Shown here: one piece after another, positions 1-15,100 of the stretch
Layout: each line of letters starts with the position of its first letter
Position numbering within the stretch: the first letter of the stretch is position 1
Source: Balanoglossus misakiensis
Lineage: Eukaryota; Animalia; Hemichordata
Reading direction: 5' to 3'
Assembly: GCA_040954595.2 (NCBI GenBank)
Contig: CM082592.2
Coordinates: 5,364,209 to 5,428,208 of the forward strand
Length of the DNA stretch: 64,000 bases
The notes under the pieces: model-generated
What the model was told of the DNA's origin: nothing
Database searches by the model: none
The model's input: only the letters and a program-made list of their open reading frames with translations
Position numbers and translations under genes: made by a program

Positions 1-121
1 CTAAGAAATTTCACTTTTAGTGTATGGAAATGTTAAAAATTAGAAAGAGCGCAGAAAAGTGGTGAAGTTTATGGCAGAAACCTAAAACCCAGTTGTCGGC
101 GCAGAGAAACGTGAAACTTAC

Positions 122-3100
122 AACTTGCTCGTTCTCTTGCAGCAGCGTCTCCAGCAGATCCTCCGTCGACGGCACCTTGTCCCCTTCCGTGGGCCACTGA
201 TTCTGCTGCAGCTGCTGCACCACCCGCGGTTCGAACATGGACTGCGGCCTCCCCCCGCTCCTCGACGACCGACTGGTTCCCGTTCCCGTGCTGCTGCTGC
301 TGGCGTCGCTCTGCGTGGTGTCGTGGCCGTTGCTGATGACCGTCGTCGGTGCCTCCACGGTGCGGGAGAGCGTCTGCGTTCTCAGCTGCGAGTTCTCTTG
401 CATTAGCTTTTGTACCTGTTTTTGCAAGTGGGGAAATTTCACTCGTTTCAGCTCGTCTTTTGCTCAAGCGGTAAAAGGATTTGTATTTTAACACACTTAA
501 GCATAGGAGTGGAAATAGTGCGAATGACACTGCAGCTCCCATTTTGATGATGTGACACTATGATGTCAAATTGCTGCATTTATTGCTGATTTATTGTTTA
601 TAATCGTTTATATATGTTATATTTATATGGTTTGATTAATGAAGCCTTAATTTCTTTAGCTGCATATGTTCCTTACTCATAACACCATGCACATGCTCAT
701 CAATCTCTCTGTGGGAAAAATGCTATCATATTTCTTGCAGCATTGCCTATGATGTAATATATTTATCTCATGATGTATAATGTCACATCTTTCTATAGCA
801 GTTGCAATAGCTGTGATGAACCGATTAAAGGCCACAGGTCTATGCCTCTGCCTACAAACACTATCATTGTGAATGACAGAAACAGTATATATCAATGTAT
901 TCTTTCTTACCACGCTTTGTAAAAGGCTGATTTCTTTTGTCAAGTTTTTGTTTGCAACCATGAGTTGTTGAACTTTGGCCTCCGAGCTCGCCAGCGATTT
1001 CTTGACGTCCAAATACTCCTCCAGTGTAATGGGGTTGTCTGACAACTCCGACGATGCCCTGCTCTGTGAATGGAGACAGAAATAGATGGGTGCCATTCTC
1101 TAGAACAAAGTTCACTCAATGGAGGTAAGGATAAAAGATTGATAGACAAATTTGGACTTGTTGGCCTTGTAAGTTCCTTGGAAATGTGGCAACAATGTTA
1201 TTCTTCGATATCAAATGACGTCAGACGCGCTCAGGCGGCAGTTACGTTCGCATTCGAATTTACAGATGACGGGCAACTTCAACAACGTGGTGCAGCCAAA
1301 GACTGTGCAGACGAAACTCCATGAGGCTGATAAGGCACCATACCTGATACATGTTACGTGTCTGGTAGTTCTAAAGTAAAAACATACTTGGAAAAACTTT
1401 TACTGGATGCCGAAATATTGCTTGCCCGTCATCTGGAAATGACAACGCCGTGTGTCACATGGCCAAATCACGTGATTGATTGTCAAGAATTTCTTCCTGT
1501 GGCTTGAAAAATTGACACCTACCCCGGACCTGCCACGCTTTGGTGAATTTTCTTCGGCTGCACTCAGCCGTGCATTTATATCTCCTTCGTCGTCCGACGC
1601 CACGCTGTCGTACAGCGGTTCGTCGTCGCTGATCGTACTTGGCACTTTGCCAGTGATGTGTCGGGGGTCGAGAACTTTCATGGGTGGCGGTGCTGGAGGG
1701 GGGTCCCGGAATGCCATTATGTCTTGTGTATCTGGAAGGAAACAATTTCGCTTGAGGTTCAATGAATGACATTTTTTTCAAATCTGCTGTCTATCTAACA
1801 AGGAAAGTAGCTGTTTTCACCCTATCATGTACTTCCACAAAGCCAAGACGCTGTCACACTCCAATGCCTTTACGTACATTGTCATCACTAACATTTCTGA
1901 CAAACTCCACTCAGATTGGCTGAACACCAGGTGGCAGCTTAAAACTCAAACACTTACCGATTGGTCTAATGATTGACTTGTGACTCGATCGCCTCCTGGC
2001 ATCATTCAATATGTCAATGATTAAAGTTGCAAACTCTCTGGCATTGAACCTGGCCAGCTTTTGACGACCCTGTCAAAAGACAGACAAATATGTATGTTTT
2101 CCAGTCAGTAATATAAATGGTGCAATGGTTTGTATTACAATATAACCGGCTTATTTGGTGTTGAAAAGAAACTGATGATAATTTTATCAATGAATATTTT
2201 GGATGCCTTCAAAAGACAAAACAGGATCTAAAACAAATGTATTGAAACCATTTTTTTTCTTGACCTTATGTGCAAACAGGTAAAAGAAAAGTTAATACTT
2301 TTAGAAGCACTTACTTGGTTTCTTGTGGACGAAAACTCAGGATTGACTGGCAGAAATGGGATGAGAGATTTGTCAGTGACTATGGTGGCATGATTTTGGG
2401 ACGTCAGCCAGACTCCATCAGCTTCTCGCCTGTCTACTTCATCATAGACATCCATGGCTAACTCCTCAAACAAATGATTGGGCAACTGCATCAGAACGAG
2501 AAATGGGAGAAACTTCTTCAGCTACAGAAATGTTTTTGAGACAGTAATTTGACACCAATGCAACGTGCAATGACTCAGTGACGATGTGCCTCTGCTAAAC
2601 GTTACCACTGCATGGTCCTGTTTTATTTTATTATTCAAAAGTTGTTGATCAATTAACGATATGCGGTAACCATGACAATGTGATGACTCACCGCTTGCAG
2701 TTTACTCTTAGCAGCTTTGGCTAATTCTGACCGATCCAGACTGCTGTCGGCCATTTCTGGAATTATGAAATGCTGGCCGGCACTGTGATCTGCCAAAAAG
2801 ATCGAGACATTTGAAATGTGTGAGCGTAGTCTCATGACAAAGGAAGTAACAGAATATCAAAGGAAACACTACACTGTAACGTGAAAATTTTATTAAGTTT
2901 CAGTTTCTATGACTGAATTATTGATACAAGTACTTGGATGGTTGACATGAAAATACAATGGCGCCCTCAGTGGTAAGCATTCACATATTCACGTACCAAA
3001 TTTTTTATACATATTCTGATCGGTCTTTGTTTTCAATCAAAACACAATTTTGCATACAGTATTTTAGAGAAAATTTCTGTCTATATCATAAAGAAGTGAC

Positions 3101-6100
3101 AAAATTTCACAGGAGAAAAAAAAACAAATTAATAACAGACCTGGTTTCCTTCCACAGAGATAGAATGCTAGTCTGTCGGTCAGCTCATATTGACATTCTA
3201 CAAGACGTTCCGCCAAATCTAAATGTCCTTCTTGTCTGTAAAAGGATGTAAAACAGGCAATGTATTATTTATTATGCCAACTTTCTACCTGTGCCGAACA
3301 GACATGTATTTCTCTGTACTAATCAAACCCATTCACTCCACCTATACTGACAGTTTCATTGACTTACTTGGCGTAATCTAAAGGCGTCTTCCCATTGACA
3401 TCAAAAGATCCCGGATCAGCACCATACACTATGAGTAACTCGGCCTGCAACGACTGCCCCGCTTTGGCTGCTACATGCAATGGCGTATTGCCTTTATCCT
3501 GAAATTAAAAAAAAAATGAACAATCAAAGATCTGTTTTGTAATAAGATTTTCATGACTTGACTTATTAATTTCCCGTTTACAGAAGAAAGGATGTGTTTG
3601 ATCCCAGAGGATGGTATTCTTCCAGGGCAAATATTTCAAATTCCTGAACAATAAAACAAATGACCTAAATCCCCTTTTCTCTGTGCAATTAATCTGTGGT
3701 TGCAATCAGCCATGACTTTACAAGTGCACTTGCACCTGATTTATCATGGTTTAGAAGAATGAACTCAACTCTTTATGGTCCATAGCATTCTAAGTGGCCA
3801 TCAAGTGCAGACGTACATTGTGTGTTGACTCTAAAACCTGACAGACAAGTAGTGGGCACACATATGCAACGCCTACAAGTCAAATATTCAGTCTTGTTCT
3901 CGGTATGTGGTAGAAAGTCGGGAATGAATTTCACAGAGTGAGATGGGGGGAGGGTTAATACATTATTTGTATGGACAACATGCGTTATATTGGGGTCATA
4001 ATTTTACTTGTCAATAAATATGAGCACAGAACATTTTTCAGAAGTGTTATCAGATAAGTCTGAATGTCCCACATTCTGAATGTCCCACTGAAAATGACAT
4101 GCACTTTTTTGTCTATCACAGAAAAAGGAACAGAACTGCGGTAAATTGCCAGATCAGAGTTCAGCTTGTTGCTACCCACACACCAATTGACAACCAAACC
4201 ATGTCGATTATCCACTCTTGATTCAAGACAGGTTTCAAGTCAAAACACATCCAACCAAAAATGCCAGAAGACCCCAGCATAGATTATTATTCTCACCGGA
4301 TGGAAAAAGTTGGCCTGGGCTCCCAGTGACAGTAGTCGGAGACACGTCTCCAGGTTTCCGGTCCGGACACTTGAATGAAGTTGCTGAAAAAGGAAAAAAA
4401 TCAAAACAATTGCCATTATTAACTAAAATACTAATCAGACTGTGGAGTTTATATGGACACAGTTTTATTATTGACACATGCAACACCTAATAATACTCAT
4501 TAAAATCACAAACTTTGGAAATACACATGTAAGCTTGATGGCTTCCTGTATCAAAAGATCAATAAACTGTACAATTTTTTGCTAGTTTTCAATAACAACC
4601 AAGATGAAATCCTTCATCCCTTCACTGTTTGAACTTACAATCAACCAATATTGGATTCATCCAATTATTTTCAGTTGTGATAATAGACAGGTTTGCCAAA
4701 ACAAATTTCTCATTATTCTGTTTTGTATTTCAACAAAACAGCCTCTGTCTTTTCCCCTTCTTTCAGTCAAACAATTATCTTTCACTTCAGAGAATTATGA
4801 AACAATACACATGAACAAAACTCACTTTACTAAGGTCCTTGGCCGTGACAGCTTCATCTTCTTTACTGGGCAATCTGTGTACGAAGTCTAATCTCTGGTA
4901 CTTTGCTCGGATAAAATCTGATTTGACAGGACTGTAGAGAACGAAATGACAATATCAGACTTGATTGAGGCCAAATTATGCTTGACGCTTTCTAAATTAT
5001 TTGCTCTACCAGAAATTATGCCATCAATACATTCACATTATGTTACCTCAGCTCACACCCACAGGAAAAGGCCTTAGTAACAGATGAAATAACTTGATAA
5101 TGGGTAAGAAATGAGATGAGTATGGAAAACATGAGACTACGCCGAGGGTACTCACTGTACAGAATCTTTGGGGCTTGGTTTTCTTCTACCGCTGCGGACT
5201 TGTGATGGGTCTAATAATGAGTGTTCCCATATTGAGTTGGCTCCACTGCTTACTAGTGTCTGTACCATCTGCGTTAGAAAAATTTCAATAAATTTAAAAA
5301 TATTTCCAAAGAGCCAGTTTCAAGAGGTATTCTAACACTGTCGACGTCAAGGATAAAAGAAATGCTCACATGATATCCTCTAGAACATGGTAGGACCTAA
5401 TTTTTGAAAAGATTCTTAAAATCTCCTGTCACATGACCCTTGTGTGAATAAACCACATTTTCTGCTGTGAAACTGCATAATCTCAACAAAAGACCCCACT
5501 CACAGCAACTAATTAGAAATTTGACAAGCTCCATTCTCCACAAATTACACCAGTCTCTCTATGCCTTATTACATTGATTTGATTGTGCCACCTGTGTTTT
5601 GTATGATTGGAATTCCTCTACACCCCATTGTTGACGAAATCAAGTCAAGTTCAGCTGGCACGTTGCCACGGTTACCACTGCAAATTGATTATTCTGCCTT
5701 TTTTCCATACACGTTTATTGCATCAAACCCTGTGTGCTATTTCCCTTGACTCCTGATAAGCTGCAAAATTTAATAGCTACGTTTCCTTTGGGTAATACAG
5801 GATGGAGATTCTCTCCTGAAAACCATGATTACTTCAGTTAAAAGACAGAGAAATAAGGATGAAGAATCTTATCATGACCACTCATAAAATCACCATCAAT
5901 GCAATCAAAATATGAACAGTATCAAACGCATTCCCTTCATCTTTCAGATAAATACAACGCACTGCGAGTAAACTTTTTCTCAACATCTGCTCTGGAGTTT
6001 CCTGATATCTTTAACATGATAACAAAGCATCTGTGTAATCTTTTGAATTCCATTATCATTAACAGCAGCACCGTTCATAAAATTCAATAAGTTCCCCAGG

Positions 6101-9100
6101 CAATGTGATTTCCTCAGCCTCTGCCAATGCTTGATCGGATAAACTTTAATTTGCCATAAAAAACAGTTTCTATGACAACACACACTATAAATTTTGCCTC
6201 CCGGTAAAACGGTCTTTCAAAGGAAGAAATGAAAGTGTTTCCATGACAACATCACCTCCAAAAGGTTCCGTGGCCATGTTGCTCCGTGATGCAGTGGTCG
6301 GACTTGAGATATATGTCTTCCTAGGCTTCTGTGAACGTTGCAACATTCGTCGCAGATCAGTACTCCGTGGTTGATGGACGCCCAGCCTGGGTCTGAGGAG
6401 GACAAAAGTAAAAACTGTGAATAAAATGAACCAATTTTTTTTTACAGCATTGATGATTACGCTGCTGAAAAATTATGCAACTTAGTACAGAGTTATTCTC
6501 TGGAAAACTGAATCATGATAGTGTGATGATTTGAATTTCTTGCAATATTTTGTTAACAAAGTGAAGAATTAAAAGCTGAAACTACTACTATTAACCAAAC
6601 AATATTATTTGGGAACGTACCAAAAATATATACAAGACTTGGAATACAACTTAAACATTGCTAAAATCAAAGTAATATGACGAAATATGCCACATATCCA
6701 TGATATTATTGTTCAATATTCTGGGTCATTTTTCCCCTTGTATGTGCACTGGGAGACACTTTCCAACATTTAACCAGAAAAGAGCATCTGTACTGACAGA
6801 AACGTCTCCCCGATGAGCAGCCATGAAAAGATTACTGTCAGAAACAAGAGAGAGAGAGCGCACATCGCAAAAGTGCAGTCGGATAACAAACCATTAGCAA
6901 GCAAGAAAGCCCTGGCCACATCAGTGGGGGTTTTAACTATTCATTAATCCGACCGGAATTACCCTTGTTCTCTACTTAGCAAAGTCTCGATGCATTCTCC
7001 AAGTCTCGACTCGCCTGGCATTATTCATTACCCACCGAGACCTTTTGACTCAGACAAACGCTGATCACAGCCTCGATAAAAGTATCGGCAAAGAGTGAAA
7101 TGCGCAGCTAATGCAGTCCATTTCTGATAGCATGAGATTTTTTAATCTGTTTTGTCCCCAATAATAAAATCGCTGAGTGCTTTTTACTTGAATTATGACA
7201 GCAGAAGTTTGAAACTAAAATTGAGAGCCTGGTTAATGGTTGGAGCTCACATTTTCAGAGATATATGTGCATGTATTTCTCCAACTGAAGAGAGTCCTCC
7301 AGAGTCCACATACACTTTCCTTGCTTGATAAGAGGAATCTGACCCGAGCCTTTTGACATAAACATACATGTAGAATCTCTCATCATGGTCTATATTTAGA
7401 CAGGAGTGAACTATTTTAGGCTATTCTAGTTGTTAAACTGAGGAGCCCTACAACAACAAACACATACAAACATCACACACAGATGGGCTGGAAACAGCCC
7501 TAGTTCATACTGGAAACTGAAAAGTCACTGACAATGGAAACGTTCCAGCCAAACGCATCACCTGAAACGCAAGCACTGCTTTACAAAGCACCCATTATAA
7601 GAGACAGAACAGAGCCTGATGAAAATATAAACCCCAGCGAAAATCCCTGATGTGTTTCTTAGAGCTGATTAAATAATGATTCTTTTTTTTGTCGTATGCA
7701 CATCAGCATGCAAGCGATGTCTCCAAATGATTTCCTGAGGTAAGGGTTTGGTGACTGACAAAGCGCGGTAGTTATGACCGATGCATAATGCAAAAAGCAG
7801 ATTAAATGGTTGCTACACACTCCTGTGACCTGAACCTCTGATATTACCGATCAATATTAGCTACGCTGAACAAATCTCTCGCAAATGATGCCACAGAGAT
7901 GAGATCTTTGATTTTTTTTTCTTTCTTTTTTTCTTTTTTTTTCGCCGTGGGTGAGTTTCATTTTTGACTCCGTTGCGTATACACGCACTTCAGGGACTGC
8001 TAATCAGGGGACACCATATGTCTGATTTCTGAAACCCCCCTGAGGACTTTCATCTATTCCTCCAGCAACAAAGAACCGAGTGCTCATCTGAATGACGTTT
8101 TGCTTGATATAATATTGTAAGTTTAGAGCTGAAATTCCCTGCGGTGCGATTAGGCCATTACCCTGCAGGGATGGTACATGTACAACTACCAACTTTAGGC
8201 TGGAGTGCATCAAACAAAGGAATTAGCATAGATATCCAGTGAAAGGTCACGCTGGGGTCGGGGAAATGCCCGTTTCTTTGTTCTCGGAAAAATAAGGCCA
8301 GGGAAACAAAAAGAATGTTTGTCAATATTTGGAAGGACGAATCTGTACAAAAATGTGACGTGAAGCCATTGCCTTGGAGTTAGTCTCTAGCGTATACAAA
8401 GGACGAATAAAATATAATGCTACAACTTTTACCGAGCTACATATACGTACGTCATGTATATAAGGTTGAGGGACAATGCACGAGTCAATAATACCTTTCT
8501 GTTCAGTATTCTACTGAGCATACCCCAAGTCGTTTCAATCTCTTTAGTATTCCTGTTCTGTCTGCTTTCTTAATAATTTGTTGATCAAGCTTAGGTGTGT
8601 GTAAGCATGCTGAAAATTGCATATACCGTGTTAGTTGTCGGTTCAATCAATATTATTCATTTCTGACACAGTGCAGAGTTTTCACAGCGGATCAGGTCAT
8701 CAAGTTCTTTTAACAGAGAGAGAGATGAGCAAATTACAGTCTATAGAACAACATTCTTAATCTCTCCATCAAAAACTGGCAAGAAATAAACACAAACACA
8801 TGCCATATACAAGTACGTGTATTTGAAATGAAAATATCGAAATGAACAATATTTCAATTTCAATATTTATTGAATGCAGTACAAGTTGAATTTCTACAAC
8901 CACATGGGTGGTCCCCTTTGCTAACTATCTGCTTGTACTGTGACCTGATGTGACCTGGCCTGACCCCTGAGTAATGACCTTGAAACTTGAGAGCCCTGTG
9001 TGTTTGAGAAACTAAACCAATTAGGAGTGGAAGTATATGATGTAGTGCTGTACTTGGGTGTTTTAACAGCTCATCTACGCGAGAACCAACAAAACACGAA

Positions 9101-12100
9101 AATAAAAAGTCGCTGTCTGAACTTCAAAACGTTTTTTCTTTCCATCCTTGCACAAGGTTACTTATGTATCATTTTACCAAAAATAGTCGTATAGGGATAA
9201 AATATTCAGCTGGTGATTTTTACCATGGTGCAGATCAGACGCGGCATGTTTTGTTCATTTTTTTTTTGGTTTGCTTAATGCAAAGTTTCCACCTCACCCC
9301 TGCATTCGTATTGATTCTCCACCCGACTTTGATTTGCTGCATCAGAAAAGCAAGCACGTGTGCTGTGAGACCTCTAACATCATGCAAAATTCATGTGGCC
9401 GTCAAAACGTCACCATTTCGCTTGAAGTGACACTTAAAAGTGGAAAAAACGTCACTGTTCTGTTATTGTTAATAATTCATGGGCTGTATGCATTGGGGTG
9501 AATCTAAACTGAACTCCCCACTGAAGTGAAAAAAGTCCAGCAACCAACATTTACCGGGAAGGCGTCCCTGGAAATCTAAATTGAGATTTCATCGCACGAT
9601 TTTGTCACTTTGAACTAAGCAGATGGGCGATTTTCACAGCAACTACATCACCCATTTTATGATGGTCGGTCGCGATGAGAATTTCAAGCCAGCATGTTAA
9701 ATTTGAAATCTTTCCTGTGAGAAAGGGCACACAGTTGAATTTAATCCTGTCATCAAAATATAGGTGTTCGATATTTTAATACTCTATTTTTATTTTTTCA
9801 CGTTTGTCTCTTTCGATAATGAAACATTCATTTCCAAAAGAATTGTCTATAATGAGGTCATCAAAGTATCAATTCCTATTCCAGTGTTTACTAAAAGGGT
9901 GGGACTTTGGTAAATTTTACTGGGAGTTCCTCAATCGTTTCGTACATGTTCCCCCAAATTATTTGAAGTAACACAGTTTTCAACTGAAGTGCTTAGGTCT
10001 GTCTACATGGAACTGTACCGTAGTTTTCACTGTTAGGCTGAATAAATGAATATTGCCGAAAGCGAAGGTCATCATGCTGTTCCCGATTCCAAATTTTTTC
10101 AAAATTTCATTTTCCGAGTGGATAAATTCCCCCACAAACATGCCTAATATTGTTATCACAGGTGCTTCCCCCCCAGAATTTAATCTGTCGATATTTTAAC
10201 GAGCTGAAAACTACATCAGCTGGTCACGCTTCAGAACCCCAGAACAAACATCTCTCCCTCTGCACTGTACGGACTTCATAAAACACAATCGAAATTGTGA
10301 AACGATAATTACCCGGCTTGAGAGTAATTAGATTTTGTATGTCGATACGCCTTCACTCCATTAGATTAAGAAATGTGCCCTGCAGACAAAACACTTGTTT
10401 AGATTGCAATTCCTCCATTTCATTCAATTACAGTTTCACTGCAACAGCCAGTCTTGCAAATCATTCCCAATATTTTTCAGCAATACGGTTAGAGGACACA
10501 TTGGGGAATAGTCACAGTCTTTTAACATCGCTTTGGTTATTTTTTTGTTGTGAAAGTTATTTCTATTGCTCATCGCAACTGACAAAATGTTGAATTGTAA
10601 GGTATTTTTCTTGATGGGAATAAACTCAAGAAAACAGGAATTGAAAATGAATAATGCAAGTACCCTTTTTGTTGAGATTCCTGGATCACAGAAAAGACAA
10701 ATAGCTGTGAATTCAAGTTATATTTGTCATAGTGCACTTCCGACTCTGTCCCATGTCCATTTCACGAAACGCAAAGTATCAGAAAATCTATCATATCAAA
10801 CACGGCACATGCACACATTTTATGGGTCTAACATCCGGATCATATTGTGCATTGAAATCAAAAACAAAACAAGAGAGCAGATGACCATTCATAGCAGTAA
10901 TATTTTTTTTTTTTCAAATATAAGATGAGCTTTGCTATATTATATTGCACATGACATCACAGGCTGGCTGAAATCCGAAATCCAACATGGCGACTCTGAA
11001 TATGACGGCAACTTGCAAAAAATCTCAAAACATCGTGATCTGTGACAAAAAAAGTGTGCCCCGACGAGACTGTTCTACGCTGTTATCTGAGACAATCATT
11101 TCCTGACACGAATGAAGCCATACATTTATGCAAAGCTTCCTGTAATGCCAGCGGCTTAGCGGCGAAGCTCTGCAAACTACCAGGGCATGTTTGAAACTGA
11201 CAGATTAATAACCGGGATTACATCATTCAATGGATCAGGATAAATGAACGGCCAGCTACTGTTGCCAAATACTCCACATAACCTAGTTGAGTTTTACAAA
11301 ATATTCCAGACATCATCAGGCCATGAAATCACCACGAACAATCAACATTTAGGACTGGTCAGCAAAACAGGGCACGCCAACATTCGACTCACTCGCTCAC
11401 ATATTAAAAAACATCTTCGGCAGGTGACCTTTGACCCGATGAACATCAATTTTGCATTTCACATCAAGAGTCAAAACTTGAGCACATGAAGGAGTGCACA
11501 CAACGATAATGAAACTAAATGACATATGGGCTGGCTGCTTGAGCTACGAGGCAGACAAGAGATCGCAATCAGAGAACCTTCTAAATGGAAGTAGAGTTGC
11601 GATATCGACTGGTCGGTTGAGTACCCATTGTGCACCGACTTCCTGAAACCAACTACGGAATCGTGAACACCATGATTTATGCATTGCTTTCCCAGGGCAG
11701 TCATCCATCAACATTGAAATATTAATCAATAACAGGAAAGTGAATGTTCATTATTCATTAGGTTATTATTGCAGGGACTGCCAACTTTTAGACTTTGGTT
11801 TTAAAAGCCAGTGCAGATATACAAGATAAAGTGTACACAGTGAAACTGCATAAATAAAAGCATATTTTTAACAATATCTAGATCATTAACAAATGCAAAA
11901 ACAATTTCCAATGACTCGCATGTAAAACATCAAATACGCATTGCAACTACAGGGTAATTTTTCAATATTATTTTCAACAAAAATTCAATTACGAGCAATG
12001 TCTCTTTATTTTCAATGAATTTGAAATAGAAAGAAATTTACTGAAATACATAATCATGTTTAAAATGTACCCCAAAGGATAATCTTGCAACAGACATGGA

Positions 12101-15100
12101 AAAATGTAAACCAATACTTTGCACTGAACGGAATATGACCTTAAAAATTTGTGAATATAAATCCTGTATATTGAATGTCAAAATAATTTGTCTTTAAGAC
12201 TTGCACTTTTCAACAGGTCAAGTAGAAACATTAAACAAGGTCAAGGGTCAGAATGCCATGTGACATTTTGCAATTCAATTTGCCAGAGATTGCATGTCAG
12301 CTACTGGGCTCCCAGAAAATAAATGTCAATACATTCAAGGCATTCAAAGACATTTCAAGGAATATCATCCAAAGCTGAATTAATTTCTCGTTTGCAGAAA
12401 GACGGTCAATGTCTGCAACCACAACTCCCACTGCCCTCTAATGATATAAGAATGGTACGCTTTGCACTTTACGACAACTCAAATTGGCAGATACAATTTC
12501 ATGGTGCTTTTTTTATATTTACCATTGGCAATTGCAAGATCACATTGTTCATTTATAGTATTCTCCTACAATTATAAATCTTCATAGTTACAGATTAATT
12601 TTGGACTACACCAATTTTGTGTAACCATAAAAAGCAATAAACCAAACACAGCACTAAAAACTGTCAACTCCATATTGTCAATATCGTGGACTGGTCCATC
12701 AATGCCTGCAGTCCTTCAAGACTGGTCCATTTTCTCAGACCTTGGCAAGAAGCTTTCCCATGACCTAGACCCCACAAGACCAAGTCAAAGGTCAGACAAC
12801 CATATTGAAATAATCAAGACATGCTGCACAAAGGAAATATGCGTGTTGATGTGATGCAGGTTCAGAATTGTCAGTGGGAAGAAACCAATTACATGTAAAT
12901 TGAACTCTTCCAAACATAGGAGAATGAACGACCCCACGTTGATATACTTTGTTGTATTCAAAACACACCACCACCTCTGAATATGCAAAAGTGCTTGAAA
13001 CTGAAAATATCAATATCTATAGGAACAGCATGCAATGAATTCCTTGTAATGTACAACGTGTAAAAATCACATGACATCACATGATACGATATCACTTCTA
13101 ATGACATCAATATGTCAAAGGTCACAACACATTACATCACAGTGAATGATATCATATCATATCATATCACTTGCTGTGATATGGGGGATCAATATTCTCC
13201 ACTACATTACGATGTGTTGAATGATTCAATGTGCGACTTACAGCATTTACCAGGAAGCGCGGTCATAATCTCTGATGAACATGGTCATTCTGATAACGCA
13301 ATCTGACTTCAAAGTGGCAATGCTGGGTCAAAGTTCACAAGCCGCTGCCAAATTGAATATCTGTGATGTCATCAACTGTTGTGATATCACAACTTGCAAT
13401 GTTTACAAAAAATGATGTTTTGTCAGTGGATTACCCCAGCCATGATTTTTACTCAAGGAACTAGTTCCCTAAAAATACATTTGTTCACTTTGTTATTTAC
13501 GACTGAGCACTTCAGCCAAGGAGATGTTTGTTGCTGCAATGAAAACACTGCACTGACACCAGCATGTAAAAGTTCACACCAAGCATGACATGCATTGTTA
13601 CACACAACGCTTATATTTCTCGTCAAGGTTGCACCTCCGACGGTCATACGCAAGAGTTTAATAAAATATCCTCAGAGCAGAAATGCCTTGAAACGGCAAT
13701 AATAAGCCTGCAAAATGCATGACTACACGATCAGGTGAATTTTACACAACAGGTGACTGTCAGCCCACCATGCTTCAACTTCGAATGGGGAACTATGCGA
13801 ATTAATGCATTCACCGCACTTGTCAGAGAAACTGGGAAGTGAGATCTTGGTAATAGTGAATCCACGCTATTTCAGACTTTGAACTACTTACTACTTATGT
13901 GTGCATCCCCTGTTTGATTTTCACAACAACCCTGAAATGAGCGATTGAGCCCAAAAGTAAACTGCAAACACTTCCTTAATAATAATTGCCTCTCTAAAGT
14001 AGCGCCAAGGACACTGCTCCCATTTGTCCAGCACCGGTACATTCCAATGAGCTATACATGTACTTTACTGGTTATGTTTGATCTCAAACTGATGTCTTAC
14101 CAACAGGCCAAAGGCCGTTTCCTAATTCACCCGCCCAAAGGCCCAAACCTGCTTCTTGTATACATGGATTGAAATGCCCAACAGTGACTGGGATCCAGTT
14201 CGTATGACTAATCGAATTATTCATCCTGAAACTATGATATACAGTAAGTCTACCACAGTTAGCAACTGAATGTTGCTGGCCAGTTATATTCTAAAAAGGT
14301 TTTACGAAAACCATCACAATAGGGGAGGTGCCAGAACAAAAGCAACTGTGAACCAGTTTTAGAACAGTACATCACTGATTAAACAACACCATATCACTAT
14401 GCAAATAAAAGTACAGTAAAACCTGTTTAAAAACGAGCCCTTTCTAATATGCAAACCTGTGTGTACTATTAAAGAACATCATTTTGAGCCCCTTTCACAT
14501 AGAACATGTTAAAAGAACTGTGAATGGTTTACTTAAATTCACTCTCTCACAGTCTATCAAATACCTCTCCCTCATGACATCACACCATTCATATTATCCA
14601 TAGCTGTATTTATCAGATATAATACCTTATTATGTTGGCCATTATATAGTGAAAGCGAACAATGGGCGATAAGTAATGACTATAGCTACAGGTGTAATTG
14701 CACTAATTAAGTACTATAAGCTGCCTAGGTCGCCCAACCGAGAAATTTGCATCTGTTCGTGTTCAATTTCAGTGCTTCAATCAATTTATAAAGCAAACAC
14801 GCTGCATTTATTCTGTAAATGTTTTCCATTTTTGTGCTGCCCACTCAAGCAATTGCCAGTGGTTATTATGATACAGCGCTCTGATTATATCTTACACAAA
14901 ACCGGTAGTAGGTCTACTGGTAGTGTTTAATAGTGATAATACCGAATACATCAATTTTTTTTTAAATGACAGTTTGTGAATTTGTTGAATTAGATGTGCC
15001 TGCAGCTTATTCCAATAGCCCTAAGCCATACATGCATAGTTTGCAACAACCTCATACTGTATTACTGGGGTATATACAAAACATACAGAAAATGTATTAG

